From Anaeromyxobacteraceae bacterium (GTDB lineage Bacteria; Myxococcota; Myxococcia; Myxococcales; Anaeromyxobacteraceae): a stretch of 64,000 bases of DNA. Below, one piece after another: positions 11,540 to 20,979 of the stretch. The stretch covers positions 960,001 through 1,024,000 of the forward strand of contig JAULAX010000015.1 in the NCBI GenBank assembly GCA_032654565.1, given 5' to 3'. Position 1 is the first letter of the stretch; each line of letters starts with the position of its first letter. Both the position numbers and the translations under genes were made by a program. The notes beneath the pieces are model-generated. The model did no database searches. It was given only the letters and a program-made list of their open reading frames with translations, and was not told the origin of the DNA.

Positions 11540-12601
11540 ATGAAGCCTCTCGCCCCGCTGAAGCGCCTGCTGCTTCACCGCGTCACCGTGGTGGCGTTGA
11601 CGCTCGCCCTCGCCGCCGCCCTGGTCCTGGCCCACGCCACCTCGACCCTCCCGGCCGCCCTCGACGCGCCGACGCTCGCCCACTTCCTCTCCCTCGACGG
11701 CCTCGACCACCTCCTGGTCTCGGTCCCCTTCGCCCTGCTGCTGCTCACCTTCCTCGCCTCCCTGCTCCTCTCCAGCTGGGACCAGGTCGCCCTCGCCGCG
11801 CGCGGTCCGCACCCGCCGCTCGATCGCCGCAGCTGGCGCCGCTGGGGAGCCGCCCTGCTCCACGCCGGCCTGGCGCTGGCCCTGGTCAGCTTCCTGGCCT
11901 ACGTCTCCACCGAGCGGCAGGGCTACCTGACGCTCACCGAGGGCGAGGAGGTCGACGCCGGCGCCCCCTGGGCCATGGAGGTGGCCGGCCTGCTGGCCCC
12001 GCCCTTCCCGCTGCCGGTCGGCGTGGCCCTGGTGGCGGTGTCGCCGGTCTTCCGCGCCGACGACACGCTCCAGGCCCTCTCCGCCGAGGTGGCGCTGCGC
12101 GACGGGGCCGGGCCGCCCCGGCGCCACCGCATCTCCCCCAACGACAGCCACTACCACTGGGGCTTCCGGCTCTACCAGCTGGGCGTCTTCGGCCACGCCT
12201 TCGCCCTCGAGGTCACCGACCCCCGGGGCGGCGCCGGGCAGGTCCTGCTGCGCCTCCCCATCCCGCGCGGCCGCGACCTGGCCGGCTACGGCACCTTCGA
12301 GGGGACGCCGTTCGGGGCGACGCTCAAGGCCAAGTACCACCTCGACCACGACCGCGTCTCCATGGACGACGCCCGGCCGCTCCTCACCATGCGCCTCGTC
12401 GAGGGCGACGCGGTGCGCGCCGAGCTGGCGCTCCACCCCGGCGAGCAGGGGACGCTGGGCGGCCACCAGGTGAGGCTGGTGGCGGTCCGCCGCTGGACCA
12501 GCCTGCTCTTCGACGCCGGGATCGGCATGACCCCGGTGCTGCTCGGCTTCGCGGTGATGGTGCTCGGCGCCGCCCTCATCTACGCGGCGAGGCCGGCGTG
12601 A
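11540..12601 (+). CDS. ResB/CcsB-like cytochrome c biogenesis protein
   Basis: N-terminal TMs, LLHAG, large soluble loop, C-terminal TM; translationally coupled to a ccsA-like gene. Confidence 0.65.
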   Translation: MKPLAPLKRLLLHRVTVVALTLALAAALVLAHATSTLPAALDAPTLAHFLSLDGLDHLLVSVPFALLLLTFLASLLLSSWDQVALAARGPHPPLDRRSWRRWGAALLHAGLALALVSFLAYVSTERQGYLTLTEGEEVDAGAPWAMEVAGLLAPPFPLPVGVALVAVSPVFRADDTLQALSAEVALRDGAGPPRRHRISPNDSHYHWGFRLYQLGVFGHAFALEVTDPRGGAGQVLLRLPIPRGRDLAGYGTFEGTPFGATLKAKYHLDHDRVSMDDARPLLTMRLVEGDAVRAELALHPGEQGTLGGHQVRLVAVRRWTSLLFDAGIGMTPVLLGFAVMVLGAALIYAARPA

Positions 12602-13392
12602 CGGGGGCCACCACGCCGGTGACGGCGCTGCAGGGAGCGGCGCTGGCCCTGCTGGTGCTGGCCATCCCGCTGGCCGGCCCGGGGGCCTCCGGGGCGCGAC
12701 GGCGGCTGGTGGGGGCGGCGCTCGGCGGCGCGGCGCTGCTCCACCTCGCCGGCCTGGCCGCCTGGTGGGTCCACGTCGGCCACGGCCCCTACCTGGACCG
12801 CTTCGAGGTGCTCTCCTCCAACGCCTGGACGCAGCTGGCGGTCTTCCTCGTCGCCGCCTGGCGCGCCCCGGCGCTCCGCGATCGGGCCCGGCCGGTGCTG
12901 CTGGTCGTGGCCGCGCAGCTGGCCCTCGGCCTCTGGATCGGCCCCGGCTTCAAGACGCTGCCGCCGGTGATGGACAGCGGGTGGCTCACCGCCCACGCCC
13001 TCGCCTACAAGCTGTCGCTGGCCGCCGCGGTGGTGGCCCTGGCGCTGGCGCTGCCCATGCTGCGCGGGCCCGGCGTCGCCCCGTCGTCGGCCGATGACCC
13101 GCAACACCGCTGGACCGGCCAGGCCTTCGTCTTCTGGACCGCCGGCATGCTGCTCGGCTCGGTCTGGGGCTACCACGCCTTCGGACGCTTCTGGGGCTGG
13201 GACGCCGTGGAGCTCTGGGCGCTGGCCGGGTGGGCGGCGCTCGGCACCTACCTGCACCTGCTCCGCTTCTTCCGGCTGCCGGCGCGGCTCCGGGCCGGGC
13301 TCTACCTGGCCACCTTCGCCACGCTGGTGGTGGCCCTCTACCTGGCGCCCCTGGCCCGGGCCGGCCTCCACGCCGGGAGCTTCGTGAAGTAG
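12598..13392 (+). CDS. ccsA: Cytochrome c biogenesis protein CcsA/ResC-like
   Basis: WWD motif GSVWGYHAFGRFWGWDAVE; WLTAH; YLHL. Confidence 0.8.
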   Translation: MTGATTPVTALQGAALALLVLAIPLAGPGASGARRRLVGAALGGAALLHLAGLAAWWVHVGHGPYLDRFEVLSSNAWTQLAVFLVAAWRAPALRDRARPVLLVVAAQLALGLWIGPGFKTLPPVMDSGWLTAHALAYKLSLAAAVVALALALPMLRGPGVAPSSADDPQHRWTGQAFVFWTAGMLLGSVWGYHAFGRFWGWDAVELWALAGWAALGTYLHLLRFFRLPARLRAGLYLATFATLVVALYLAPLARAGLHAGSFVK

Positions 13393-13416
13393 CGCCCTGC
13401 GGCTAGACTCCCCGGC

Positions 13417-14442
13417 GTGACCGCGCCCGATCGCCGCGAGATGGCCCGCGCCCGCGCCCGGCTCGGCGCCGAGGTCCGGCGCACCCTCGGCGCCTTCGGC
13501 TACGAGGAGGTGGAGACGCCCACCCTGGTGCCGGCGCCGGGCATGGAGCCGCACCTGGCGCCCTTCGAGGCCCCGTTCCGCCCCGAGGGCGGCGGGGCGC
13601 CCCGGCCGCTCTGGCTCATCACCAGCCCCGAGTACGCCATGAAGCGGCTGCTGGCCGACGGCTTCGAGCGGGTCTTCCAGCTCTCCCGCGTCTTCCGCAA
13701 CGGCGAGCTCTCCCGGGACCACAACCCGGAGTTCACCATGCTCGAGTTCTACCGGGCCGGGGCCGACTACCGCGGGATCATGGCCGACCTGGAGCGGCTG
13801 GTGGAGGCGGCCGCCCGCGCCCTGCGCCCCGGCGGCGCGCCCCGGGTCGAGCGCGGAGGCCGCGTCCTCGAGCTCACCGCCCCCTTCGAGCGGCTCACCG
13901 TGCAGGAGGCCTTCACCCGCCACGCCGGCGTCGACCTGGCCGCCTGCGAGGGGCGCGCCGACCGGCTCGGCGCCGCCGCCCGCGCCGCCGGCCACCGCGT
14001 CGGCCCCGACGGCGAGTCCTTCGACGACGCCTTCTTCCGGCTCATGCTCAGCGCCGTCGAGCCGAGGCTCGGCGTCGAGCGTCCCACCTTCCTCGTCGAC
14101 TGGCCGGCCTCGATGGCCGCCCTCTCCCGGGTGAAGGCCGGTGACCCGCGCTGGGCCGAGCGGTTCGAGCTCTACGCCGGCGGGCTGGAGCTGGCCAACG
14201 GCTTCTCCGAGCTGACCGACGCCGTCGAGCAGCGGGCCCGGCTCGTCGAGGAGCAGGCGCTGCGGCGGCGGCTGGCCCGCCCGGCGCTGCCGCTCGACGA
14301 GCCGTTCCTGGCGGCGCTGGCGCGGATGCCCGAGGCCGGCGGCGTGGCGGTCGGCCTCGACCGGCTGCTCATGCTGCTGACCGGGGCCGCCTCGATCGCC
14401 GAGGTGCTGCTCTTCCCGGCGGCGGGGTTCCTCGAGCCCTGA
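13417..14442 (+). CDS. epmA: EF-P lysine aminoacylase GenX/EpmA
   Basis: EVETP, TSPEYAMKRLLA, FRNGE...HNPEFTMLEFY, ERFELY..GLELANGFSEL, GVAVGLDRL; no anticodon domain. Confidence 0.93.
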   Translation: MTAPDRREMARARARLGAEVRRTLGAFGYEEVETPTLVPAPGMEPHLAPFEAPFRPEGGGAPRPLWLITSPEYAMKRLLADGFERVFQLSRVFRNGELSRDHNPEFTMLEFYRAGADYRGIMADLERLVEAAARALRPGGAPRVERGGRVLELTAPFERLTVQEAFTRHAGVDLAACEGRADRLGAAARAAGHRVGPDGESFDDAFFRLMLSAVEPRLGVERPTFLVDWPASMAALSRVKAGDPRWAERFELYAGGLELANGFSELTDAVEQRARLVEEQALRRRLARPALPLDEPFLAALARMPEAGGVAVGLDRLLMLLTGAASIAEVLLFPAAGFLEP

Positions 14443-14461
14443 ACCGCCGCCGGCCGGACCG

Positions 14462-15865
14462 CTACTGCTTCGCCGGCACCGGCGCCGGCGCCGTCACCGG
14501 GCGCGGCACCCGCGGCAGCGTCTCGACCGACTCGGCCAGCTGCCAGGCCATCACCGTCATGGCGGCCACCGAGGCCGACAGCTCCGCCGGCACCACCTTG
14601 TCGAAGGTGTCGGCGGCGGAGTGGTGCCAGTCGAAGTAGCGCGAGGTCTCCTGCCAGAGGCCGAGCACCGGCACCCCGGCCTCCTCGAGCGGCCCGATGT
14701 CCGAGCCGCCGCCGCGGCCGCCCACCCCGTCGGCGCCCAGCGCCGCCAGCGGCGCGGCCAGCCGGGTGAGCAGGGCCCGGCCGCCCTCACCCGCGGTCAC
14801 GGTGAAGCCGCGCGGCCTCCCGGCGCCGCTGTCGGCCTCGACGGCGGCGACGTGGCGCGGCAGCTCGGCGGCGTGGCGCTCGGCGTACCCGAGGCCGCCC
14901 TCCAGCCCGTTCTCCTCGTTCATGAAGAGCACCGCCCGCACGGTGCGGCGCGGCGCCACCGGCTGGAGCGAGAGCTGCCGCAGCGCCTCCATGACCATGA
15001 CCACGCCGGCGCCGTCGTCGATGGCCCCGGTGCCGAGGTCCCAGGAGTCGAGGTGGGCGCCGATCACCACCACCTCCTCGGGGCGCTCCCGCCCCCGCAC
15101 CTCGGCGACCACGTTGGCCGACTCGACGGTGGCCGGCGTGGCGAAGCCGCAGCCGAGGGTGAGGTGGACGCGGACCGGCCCGCGCGACAGCAGCCGGTGC
15201 AGCAGCTCGGCGTCCTCCACCGAGACCGCCGCGGCCGGGATGGGCGCGGCCACGCCCTGCCAGCTGGTCATGCCGGTGTGCGGATCGCGCAGCGTGGCGG
15301 TGGCCAGCGAGCGGACCAGGGCGCCGGCCGCCCCGAGCCGGGCGGCGGCGGCGGGGCCGCGGGTCCGCAGCGAGGCGGTGTCGCCGTACCCCTGCCCGGC
15401 CCCCATCGAGTGGTTGAAGAAGATCAGCCGGCCGCGGGCCTTCTCACCCAGCGCCGCCGCCTCGGCGAGCGAGCGGACCTCGAGCACCTCGGCGGCGATC
15501 CCCTCGGCCGGCGTGCCCGGGCTGTTGCCCAGCGCGGTCACCGCCAGCCGCTGCGGCCGGAGCACCTGGCCGCCGGCCAGCAGCTCGGCGCGCTCCTCCC
15601 CGCGGGTCCAGGCCGGCACCATGACCGGCTCGGTCCAGGCGGTGAGGCCGTCGGCGCGGAAGGCGCGCAGCGCCCAGGCCACGCCGGCGGCGGCGCCGGG
15701 CGAGCCGGTCAGGCGCGGCCCCACGGTGTCGGTCAGCTCGGCGAGCCGCGACATGGGTCGCTCGCTCGCCAGCGACGCTGCGCCCAGGCGGGCGGCGGTG
15801 TCGGCGGGTGGGGTCGGGGCGGCGGCGAGGAGCAGCAGGGCGAGGGCGGGGATCACGGGGAGCAT
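14462..15865 (-). CDS. Secreted M28 family peptidase (carboxypeptidase Q-like)
   Basis: Signal peptide; GPRLTGS, PHTG, GAHLDSWDLGTGAIDDGAG, FMNEENGL, HHSAADT. Confidence 0.88.
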   Translation of the reverse strand: MLPVIPALALLLLAAAPTPPADTAARLGAASLASERPMSRLAELTDTVGPRLTGSPGAAAGVAWALRAFRADGLTAWTEPVMVPAWTRGEERAELLAGGQVLRPQRLAVTALGNSPGTPAEGIAAEVLEVRSLAEAAALGEKARGRLIFFNHSMGAGQGYGDTASLRTRGPAAAARLGAAGALVRSLATATLRDPHTGMTSWQGVAAPIPAAAVSVEDAELLHRLLSRGPVRVHLTLGCGFATPATVESANVVAEVRGRERPEEVVVIGAHLDSWDLGTGAIDDGAGVVMVMEALRQLSLQPVAPRRTVRAVLFMNEENGLEGGLGYAERHAAELPRHVAAVEADSGAGRPRGFTVTAGEGGRALLTRLAAPLAALGADGVGGRGGGSDIGPLEEAGVPVLGLWQETSRYFDWHHSAADTFDKVVPAELSASVAAMTVMAWQLAESVETLPRVPRPVTAPAPVPAKQ

Positions 15866-15943
15866 CGGCAAGGTTCTAGCGGTGGCGGGAGCGCCGGTCC
15901 AGCGCCTCCGGTGGAGACGGCGGCGCCGGCCCCACCCCGAGGC

Positions 15944-17599
15944 TCACCCCTCCTCGATGGGCCCGGGTGGCGGCACCGCCACCACCGGCTGGCGCGGCAG
16001 GTCGACCAGGAAGACGGCCCCGGCCCCCGGCGTGCTCTCCACCTGGATGTTCCCGCCGTGGGCCTCGACGATGCGCTTGACGATGTAGAGCCCCAGCCCC
16101 AGGCCGCCGTAGTTCTGGCTCGACACCGCCCGCTCGAAGCGCTCGAAGATGTGGCGCTGGTCGGCCTCGGCCACGCCGATGCCGTGGTCGTGGACCTGGA
16201 GGAAGGCCCGCCCCTCGGCGGCGCCATAGCGGATCTCCACCGGCTTGCCGGCGCCGTACTTGACGGCGTTGGCCAGCAGGTTGACCACCACCTGGCCGAT
16301 CCGCAGCGGGTCCCAGCGCCCCACCACCGGCTCGCCGCGGACCTCGAGCGTGGACCCGGCCTGCTCCAGCTCGTCGGCCAGCCCGGCCGCCGCCTCGGTC
16401 ACCACCGCCCCCAGCTCCACCTCGGCGACGTCCAGCTCCAGCCGGCCCATGTGGATCCGCGAGACGTCGAGCAGCGCCTCCACCAGCTTCTCCAGCCGCT
16501 GCCCGGCCCGCTCCGAGGCGGTCAGCACCCGGTCGACGGCGCCGCCGGGGACGCTGGTGACGCCGTCGCGGGCGGCCACCCGCCGCAGGTTCTCCAGCGC
16601 CAGCCGCAGCGAGGTGAGGGGGGTGCGCAGCTCGTGCGAGGCGATGGAGAGGAACTCGTCGCGGGCCACCACCGCCGCCTGGGCCTGCCCGTAGAGCCGG
16701 GCGTTCTCGATGGCCTGGGCGGCGCGGTGGGCGAGGTCGTCGAGCAGGGCCTCGTCCTCGCGGGTGTAGGCCGGCCCGCCCAGGTCCCGGGTCATCGTCA
16801 GGTGGCCGAAGACCTGCCCGCGCCGGGCCAGCGGCGCGATCATCATGGAGGTGGCGCCGTCGAGGTAGGGCCAGTACTCCGGCTTCATGTTGGCGTGGAT
16901 GAACTCCCGGGTCAGCTCGGGGATGCGCAGGGTCTCGCCGGTGGCCAGCACCCGCGCCGTGATCCCCTCGCCGACCCGCTGGGGGGCGGTCTGCAGCACC
17001 TCCCGGCGCAGGGCCTCGCGGACCGGGTCGGGGTGGTGCACGGCGGCCGGGACCAGCCAGCCGCCGTCGGGCGAGACCAGCCGGATCAGCGAGCCGTCGC
17101 CGATCAGCTCGGCGAGCCGGCGGGCCACCGTCTCCAGCGTGGCGCCCTCGTCGAGGCCGCTGGCGAAGGCCCGCGACGCCTCGGCCTGGGCCTCCAGCCG
17201 GAAGGCCTGGCGCCGCAGCCGCTCCTCGGCCTCGTGAAGCTCGGTGGTGTCGGTGGCCAGGCCGACCACCTCCAGCAGCACCCCCTTGTCGTCGCGGACC
17301 GGCGCGAAGCGGGCCTCGTAGAAGCGGTCGCCGAGCAGCCCGCGGGCGGTCCCGGTGCGGCCGGTGACGGCCCGCTGCACCGCCTCCTGGACCCAGGCGG
17401 CGTCGGGGAAGAGCTCCTCGATGGTGCGCCCCACGCCCGGCGCGGCGCGCCGACCCAGGGCCCGGAGCAGTCGCCCCTCCGCCATCACCACCCGCCCGTC
17501 GAGGTCGAGCACGAAGAAGATGCTGGGCGCCTGGCCCACCAGCGCCCGCAGCCGCCGCTCGGTGGCCCCCTCACCAGCCCGCTTCCGGAAGAGGCGCAC
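15944..17599 (-). CDS. PAS-GAF sensor histidine kinase
   Basis: C-terminal part of track ORF 15944..18751, from GTG 17599: ASHELRTPL, NLLANAVKY, DHGIG, IFERF, GGLGLGL; PAS- and GAF-like N-terminal segments. Confidence 0.9.
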   Translation of the reverse strand: MRLFRKRAGEGATERRLRALVGQAPSIFFVLDLDGRVVMAEGRLLRALGRRAAPGVGRTIEELFPDAAWVQEAVQRAVTGRTGTARGLLGDRFYEARFAPVRDDKGVLLEVVGLATDTTELHEAEERLRRQAFRLEAQAEASRAFASGLDEGATLETVARRLAELIGDGSLIRLVSPDGGWLVPAAVHHPDPVREALRREVLQTAPQRVGEGITARVLATGETLRIPELTREFIHANMKPEYWPYLDGATSMMIAPLARRGQVFGHLTMTRDLGGPAYTREDEALLDDLAHRAAQAIENARLYGQAQAAVVARDEFLSIASHELRTPLTSLRLALENLRRVAARDGVTSVPGGAVDRVLTASERAGQRLEKLVEALLDVSRIHMGRLELDVAEVELGAVVTEAAAGLADELEQAGSTLEVRGEPVVGRWDPLRIGQVVVNLLANAVKYGAGKPVEIRYGAAEGRAFLQVHDHGIGVAEADQRHIFERFERAVSSQNYGGLGLGLYIVKRIVEAHGGNIQVESTPGAGAVFLVDLPRQPVVAVPPPGPIEEG

Positions 17600-17607
17600 G
17601 CGAGGTC

Positions 17608-19788
17608 CTAGTACTCGAAGCCGCTGCCGCCGATGAACTCGCGCAGCAGGGAGGTGGGGGGGACGTGATCGGGGTGGATGGAGACGAACCGCTCCACCAG
17701 GTGGCGCAGCCGGTGGGCGGTCGGGTAGGCGGCGTGGTCGGGCGGGACCTCGAGCAGGTAGCGCTCGGCGTAGATCTTCAGCACCGCCGGCTCGTAGACC
17801 AGCGCCGAGTCGAAGACCACCTCGGCCTGGCCCTGGAACGGGTAGATGTGCTGGCGCTCGCCGGCCTGCACCGAGGGCCAGCGGGCGATGTTGTCGGCGG
17901 CCCGGTAGCCGCGCTGGTGGCGGTCGCGGACGATGCGCCGCAGCAGCCGCAGGTCGGTGGCGCTGACCCGGGTGAGCCGGTCGAAGGGGAGGGTGGTGGC
18001 GGGGTGGACGAAGACGCGGAAGTGCTCGCCGGGGCGGGGGATGCCGTCGAGCAGGCGCGGGTTGAGGCCGTGGATCCCCTCCAGCATCAGCACGTCGCCG
18101 GGGCGCAGCTGCAGGTCGGGGCCGCCGGCCGGGTGGGAGAGGCCGGTCTTGAAGTCGTAGCGGGCGGTGCGGATGGTCTCCCCGGCCAGCAGCCGCCGGA
18201 CGTGGTCCTGCAGCAGCGCCAGGTCGAGCGCCTCCAGGGCCTCGAAGTCCCACTCGCCGCGCAGGTCGCGGGGGTTCTTGTCGCGGTCGACGTAGTAGTC
18301 GTCGAGGGAGAGGGCCACCGGGTTGACGCCGTTGATCTGGAGCTGGACGGTGAGCCGCTTGATGAAGGTGGTCTTGCCCGAGGACGACGGGCCGGCGATG
18401 GAGATGATGCGGATCCGCTCCCGGGCCGCGGCCACGAGGTCGGCGATGCGGCCGATCTGCTTCTCGTGGAACCCCTCGGCGACGCGGATGATCTGCGAGA
18501 CCCGGCCGTCGATGCAGCGCTCCGAGAAGGCGCCGACGCTGCGCAGCTCGAGCGAGCGCAGCCAGCGCTGGTGCTCGCGCACCATGCCGCCGTCGGTCTC
18601 CGGCTGCAGCGGCGGCGCCGCAGCCCCGCCCAGGGCCCGCGGGTCCTCCGGGCCCAGCCCGAGCGCCAGCCCCTCGGGGTGGGGCTGGAGGGTGAAGCCG
18701 GAGAGCAGGCCGGCCGACGGCACCAGCGGGCCCATGGAGAGGGCGTAGCACTGGCCGCAGGAGACCAGCCGGACCGTCGACTGCCGCCGCAGCCGCAGCA
18801 GCTCGGCGGCGTCGTCCCAGCCGCGCTCGGCGAACCAGGCGCGGGCCTCGTCGGTGGCCCAGTACTCGACGCGGAAGGGGGCGTCGCTGGCGGCGTGGGC
18901 GGTCATGGCGGCCAGCAGCCGCGGCGCCAGGTCGGCGGCGGCGGCCTCTCCCTCGACCTGCACCACCTGGATCAGCCCCCGCGACGGGCCCATGCGGACC
19001 TGGAGCAGCGGCGCCTCGGCCAGGGCCGCCTCCAGCAGCAGCAGCCCCACCGACTGGGCGTAGATCTGCCGCCCCTCCCAGTGGGCCACGGTGAGCGGGG
19101 TCACGGCGCTGTCGGTGTAGACCGGCGTCAGCAGCGAGACCGGCCGGGAGTTGAGCAGGCCGGCCACCACCAGCGATCCCTCGTGGCGGGCCGGGAGGAT
19201 GTCGCGCAGGCGGGTCCCGGTGGGGAACTCGCGGACCTTGCCCAGCACCGCCGCCCGGATGGTGCGGGGGCGCGGCGCCGAGCGGCCGCGCAGGCCGGTG
19301 GCCAGGTCGCCGGAGAGGCGGGCCAGCTCCCGTCCCAGCCCGTCGGCCGCCGCCAGCGCCAGCTTCAGGGCCACCCCCGGCGCCTCGCGCTCCAGGGCGC
19401 CGAAGCGATCCGCCGAGAGCCGGCCCACCAGCAGCGCCGTCTCGCTGGTCACCTGCTCCCCGAGGTGGGGCTCGCCCAGCGGCGCCAGCTCGCCGTAGTG
19501 GTCCCCGGGGCCGAGCCGCCGGACCGGCCGCTGGTCGCCGCGGCAGGCGGCCCGCCCCTCGGCGATGAGGTCGAGGTGGCGGCCGGCCTCGGCGCCGCCG
19601 TGGACCAGCGCCTGGGGCTCCAGCCGGAGGTAGTCGAGGCCGTCGAGCAGCGCGGCGCGCTCGGCGGGGGCCAGCCGCGAGAGCAGCGGCGCGGCGTCGA
19701 GCGCCGCCCGCTGCCGGTCATCGAGGTCGCTCCTGCGGATGGGCACCGCCGCCGCTCCCGTCACCTGGCCGCGCCTGGGCCAGGGCAC
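17608..19788 (-). CDS. cNMP-binding domain fused to ThrRS-N-like / uridine kinase-family nucleoside kinase (start uncertain)
   Basis: LGPGDHYGELA cNMP-like segment; IAGPSSSGKTTF Walker A; SLDDYY, LEGIHGLN, DLRLLRRIVRD, LLREFIGGS. Confidence 0.82.
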   Translation of the reverse strand: MPWPRRGQVTGAAAVPIRRSDLDDRQRAALDAAPLLSRLAPAERAALLDGLDYLRLEPQALVHGGAEAGRHLDLIAEGRAACRGDQRPVRRLGPGDHYGELAPLGEPHLGEQVTSETALLVGRLSADRFGALEREAPGVALKLALAAADGLGRELARLSGDLATGLRGRSAPRPRTIRAAVLGKVREFPTGTRLRDILPARHEGSLVVAGLLNSRPVSLLTPVYTDSAVTPLTVAHWEGRQIYAQSVGLLLLEAALAEAPLLQVRMGPSRGLIQVVQVEGEAAAADLAPRLLAAMTAHAASDAPFRVEYWATDEARAWFAERGWDDAAELLRLRRQSTVRLVSCGQCYALSMGPLVPSAGLLSGFTLQPHPEGLALGLGPEDPRALGGAAAPPLQPETDGGMVREHQRWLRSLELRSVGAFSERCIDGRVSQIIRVAEGFHEKQIGRIADLVAAARERIRIISIAGPSSSGKTTFIKRLTVQLQINGVNPVALSLDDYYVDRDKNPRDLRGEWDFEALEALDLALLQDHVRRLLAGETIRTARYDFKTGLSHPAGGPDLQLRPGDVLMLEGIHGLNPRLLDGIPRPGEHFRVFVHPATTLPFDRLTRVSATDLRLLRRIVRDRHQRGYRAADNIARWPSVQAGERQHIYPFQGQAEVVFDSALVYEPAVLKIYAERYLLEVPPDHAAYPTAHRLRHLVERFVSIHPDHVPPTSLLREFIGGSGFEY

Positions 19789-19812
19789 GCGGAAAGGGGC
19801 ATCGTACCGCCG

Positions 19813-20979
19813 TCAGACCACGCGCAGGAAGAGCACCTTCAGGTACCGGGTCTCCGGGACGCCCAGCAGCACCGGGTGGTCGCGGCCGGCCCCGCGCCGC
19901 TCCAGCAGCTGCACGTCGCGCCCGGCGTCCCGCGCCGCCTCCAGCACCAGCTCCTCCAGCAGCGCCTCGGAGAGGTGGTAGCTGCAGGAGGCGGTCACCA
20001 GCATGCCGCCCGGCTTCAGCACCTGGAAGGCCCGCAGGTTGATCTCCTTGTAGCCGCGCCGCGCCGCCGGCAGCGACTCCTTGTTCTTGGCGAAGGCGGG
20101 CGGGTCGAGCACCACGGTGTCGAAGGCGGGGGGCTCCTCGGCCCGGTCGCGCAGGTAGTCGAAGGCGTTCAGCTCCACCAGCTCCAGGTTGGTGGTGCCG
20201 TTCAGCTCGGCGTTGGCGCGCAGCAGCGCCGAGGCGGTGGGCTGCATCTCCACCGCGGTGACCCGCTCCCCGTGGCGGGCCAGCTGCAGCGCGAACCCGC
20301 CGGCGTAGCTGAAGCAGTCGAGGCAGCGGCCGCGGGCGTACTGCCCGGCCAGCAGGTGGTTCTCGCGCTGGTCGAGGAAGGCGCCGGTCTTCTGCCCGGA
20401 GAGGACGTCGATGCGCAGCCGCACCTCGCCCTCGCGGTACTCCAGCGGCGTGGGCTCGGGGCCGCGCAGCACCCCCTTCACCTGGGCCAGCCCCTCCAGC
20501 TCGCGCACCCGCACGTCGTTCCGCTCCACCACGGTGGTGACCCCGGTGGCCGCCGCCACCAGCTCGGCCAGCAGCCCCTTGCGCCGCTCGGTGGCCGGCA
20601 CCAGCGTCTGCAGCACCGCCACCTCTCCGTAGCGATCGGCCACCAGCCCGGGGAGCAGGTCGGCCTCGCCGTGCACCAGCCGGTAGGCGGTCTGGCCCGG
20701 GAAGGCCCGCTGCCGCAGCTCCAGCGCCGAGGCGATGCGCCCGGCCAGGAAGGCCTCGTCGATCGGCTCCTCGTCGCGGGTGACGATGCGCAGGGCGATC
20801 TGCGACTTCTCCGAGTACCAGGCCTTGGCGAGGAAGCGGCGCCGGCCGTCCACCACCGCCACCACGTCGCCGGCTTTGGCGCCGGGGGCCTTGGCGATGT
20901 CGCCGCGGTAGATCCAGAGGTGGCCCTTCTGCAGCCGCTCCGCCCCGCGGCGGGTGATCTCGACCATGGGCTCGTTCAC
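19813..20979 (-). CDS. rlmI: PUA-domain class I SAM methyltransferase, RlmI-like
   Basis: GHLWIY, HGEADLLPGLVADRY, GQKTGAFLDQREN, LDCFSYAGGF, DPPAF, SCS, DHP...ETRYLK. Confidence 0.8.
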   Translation of the reverse strand: MNEPMVEITRRGAERLQKGHLWIYRGDIAKAPGAKAGDVVAVVDGRRRFLAKAWYSEKSQIALRIVTRDEEPIDEAFLAGRIASALELRQRAFPGQTAYRLVHGEADLLPGLVADRYGEVAVLQTLVPATERRKGLLAELVAAATGVTTVVERNDVRVRELEGLAQVKGVLRGPEPTPLEYREGEVRLRIDVLSGQKTGAFLDQRENHLLAGQYARGRCLDCFSYAGGFALQLARHGERVTAVEMQPTASALLRANAELNGTTNLELVELNAFDYLRDRAEEPPAFDTVVLDPPAFAKNKESLPAARRGYKEINLRAFQVLKPGGMLVTASCSYHLSEALLEELVLEAARDAGRDVQLLERRGAGRDHPVLLGVPETRYLKVLFLRVV

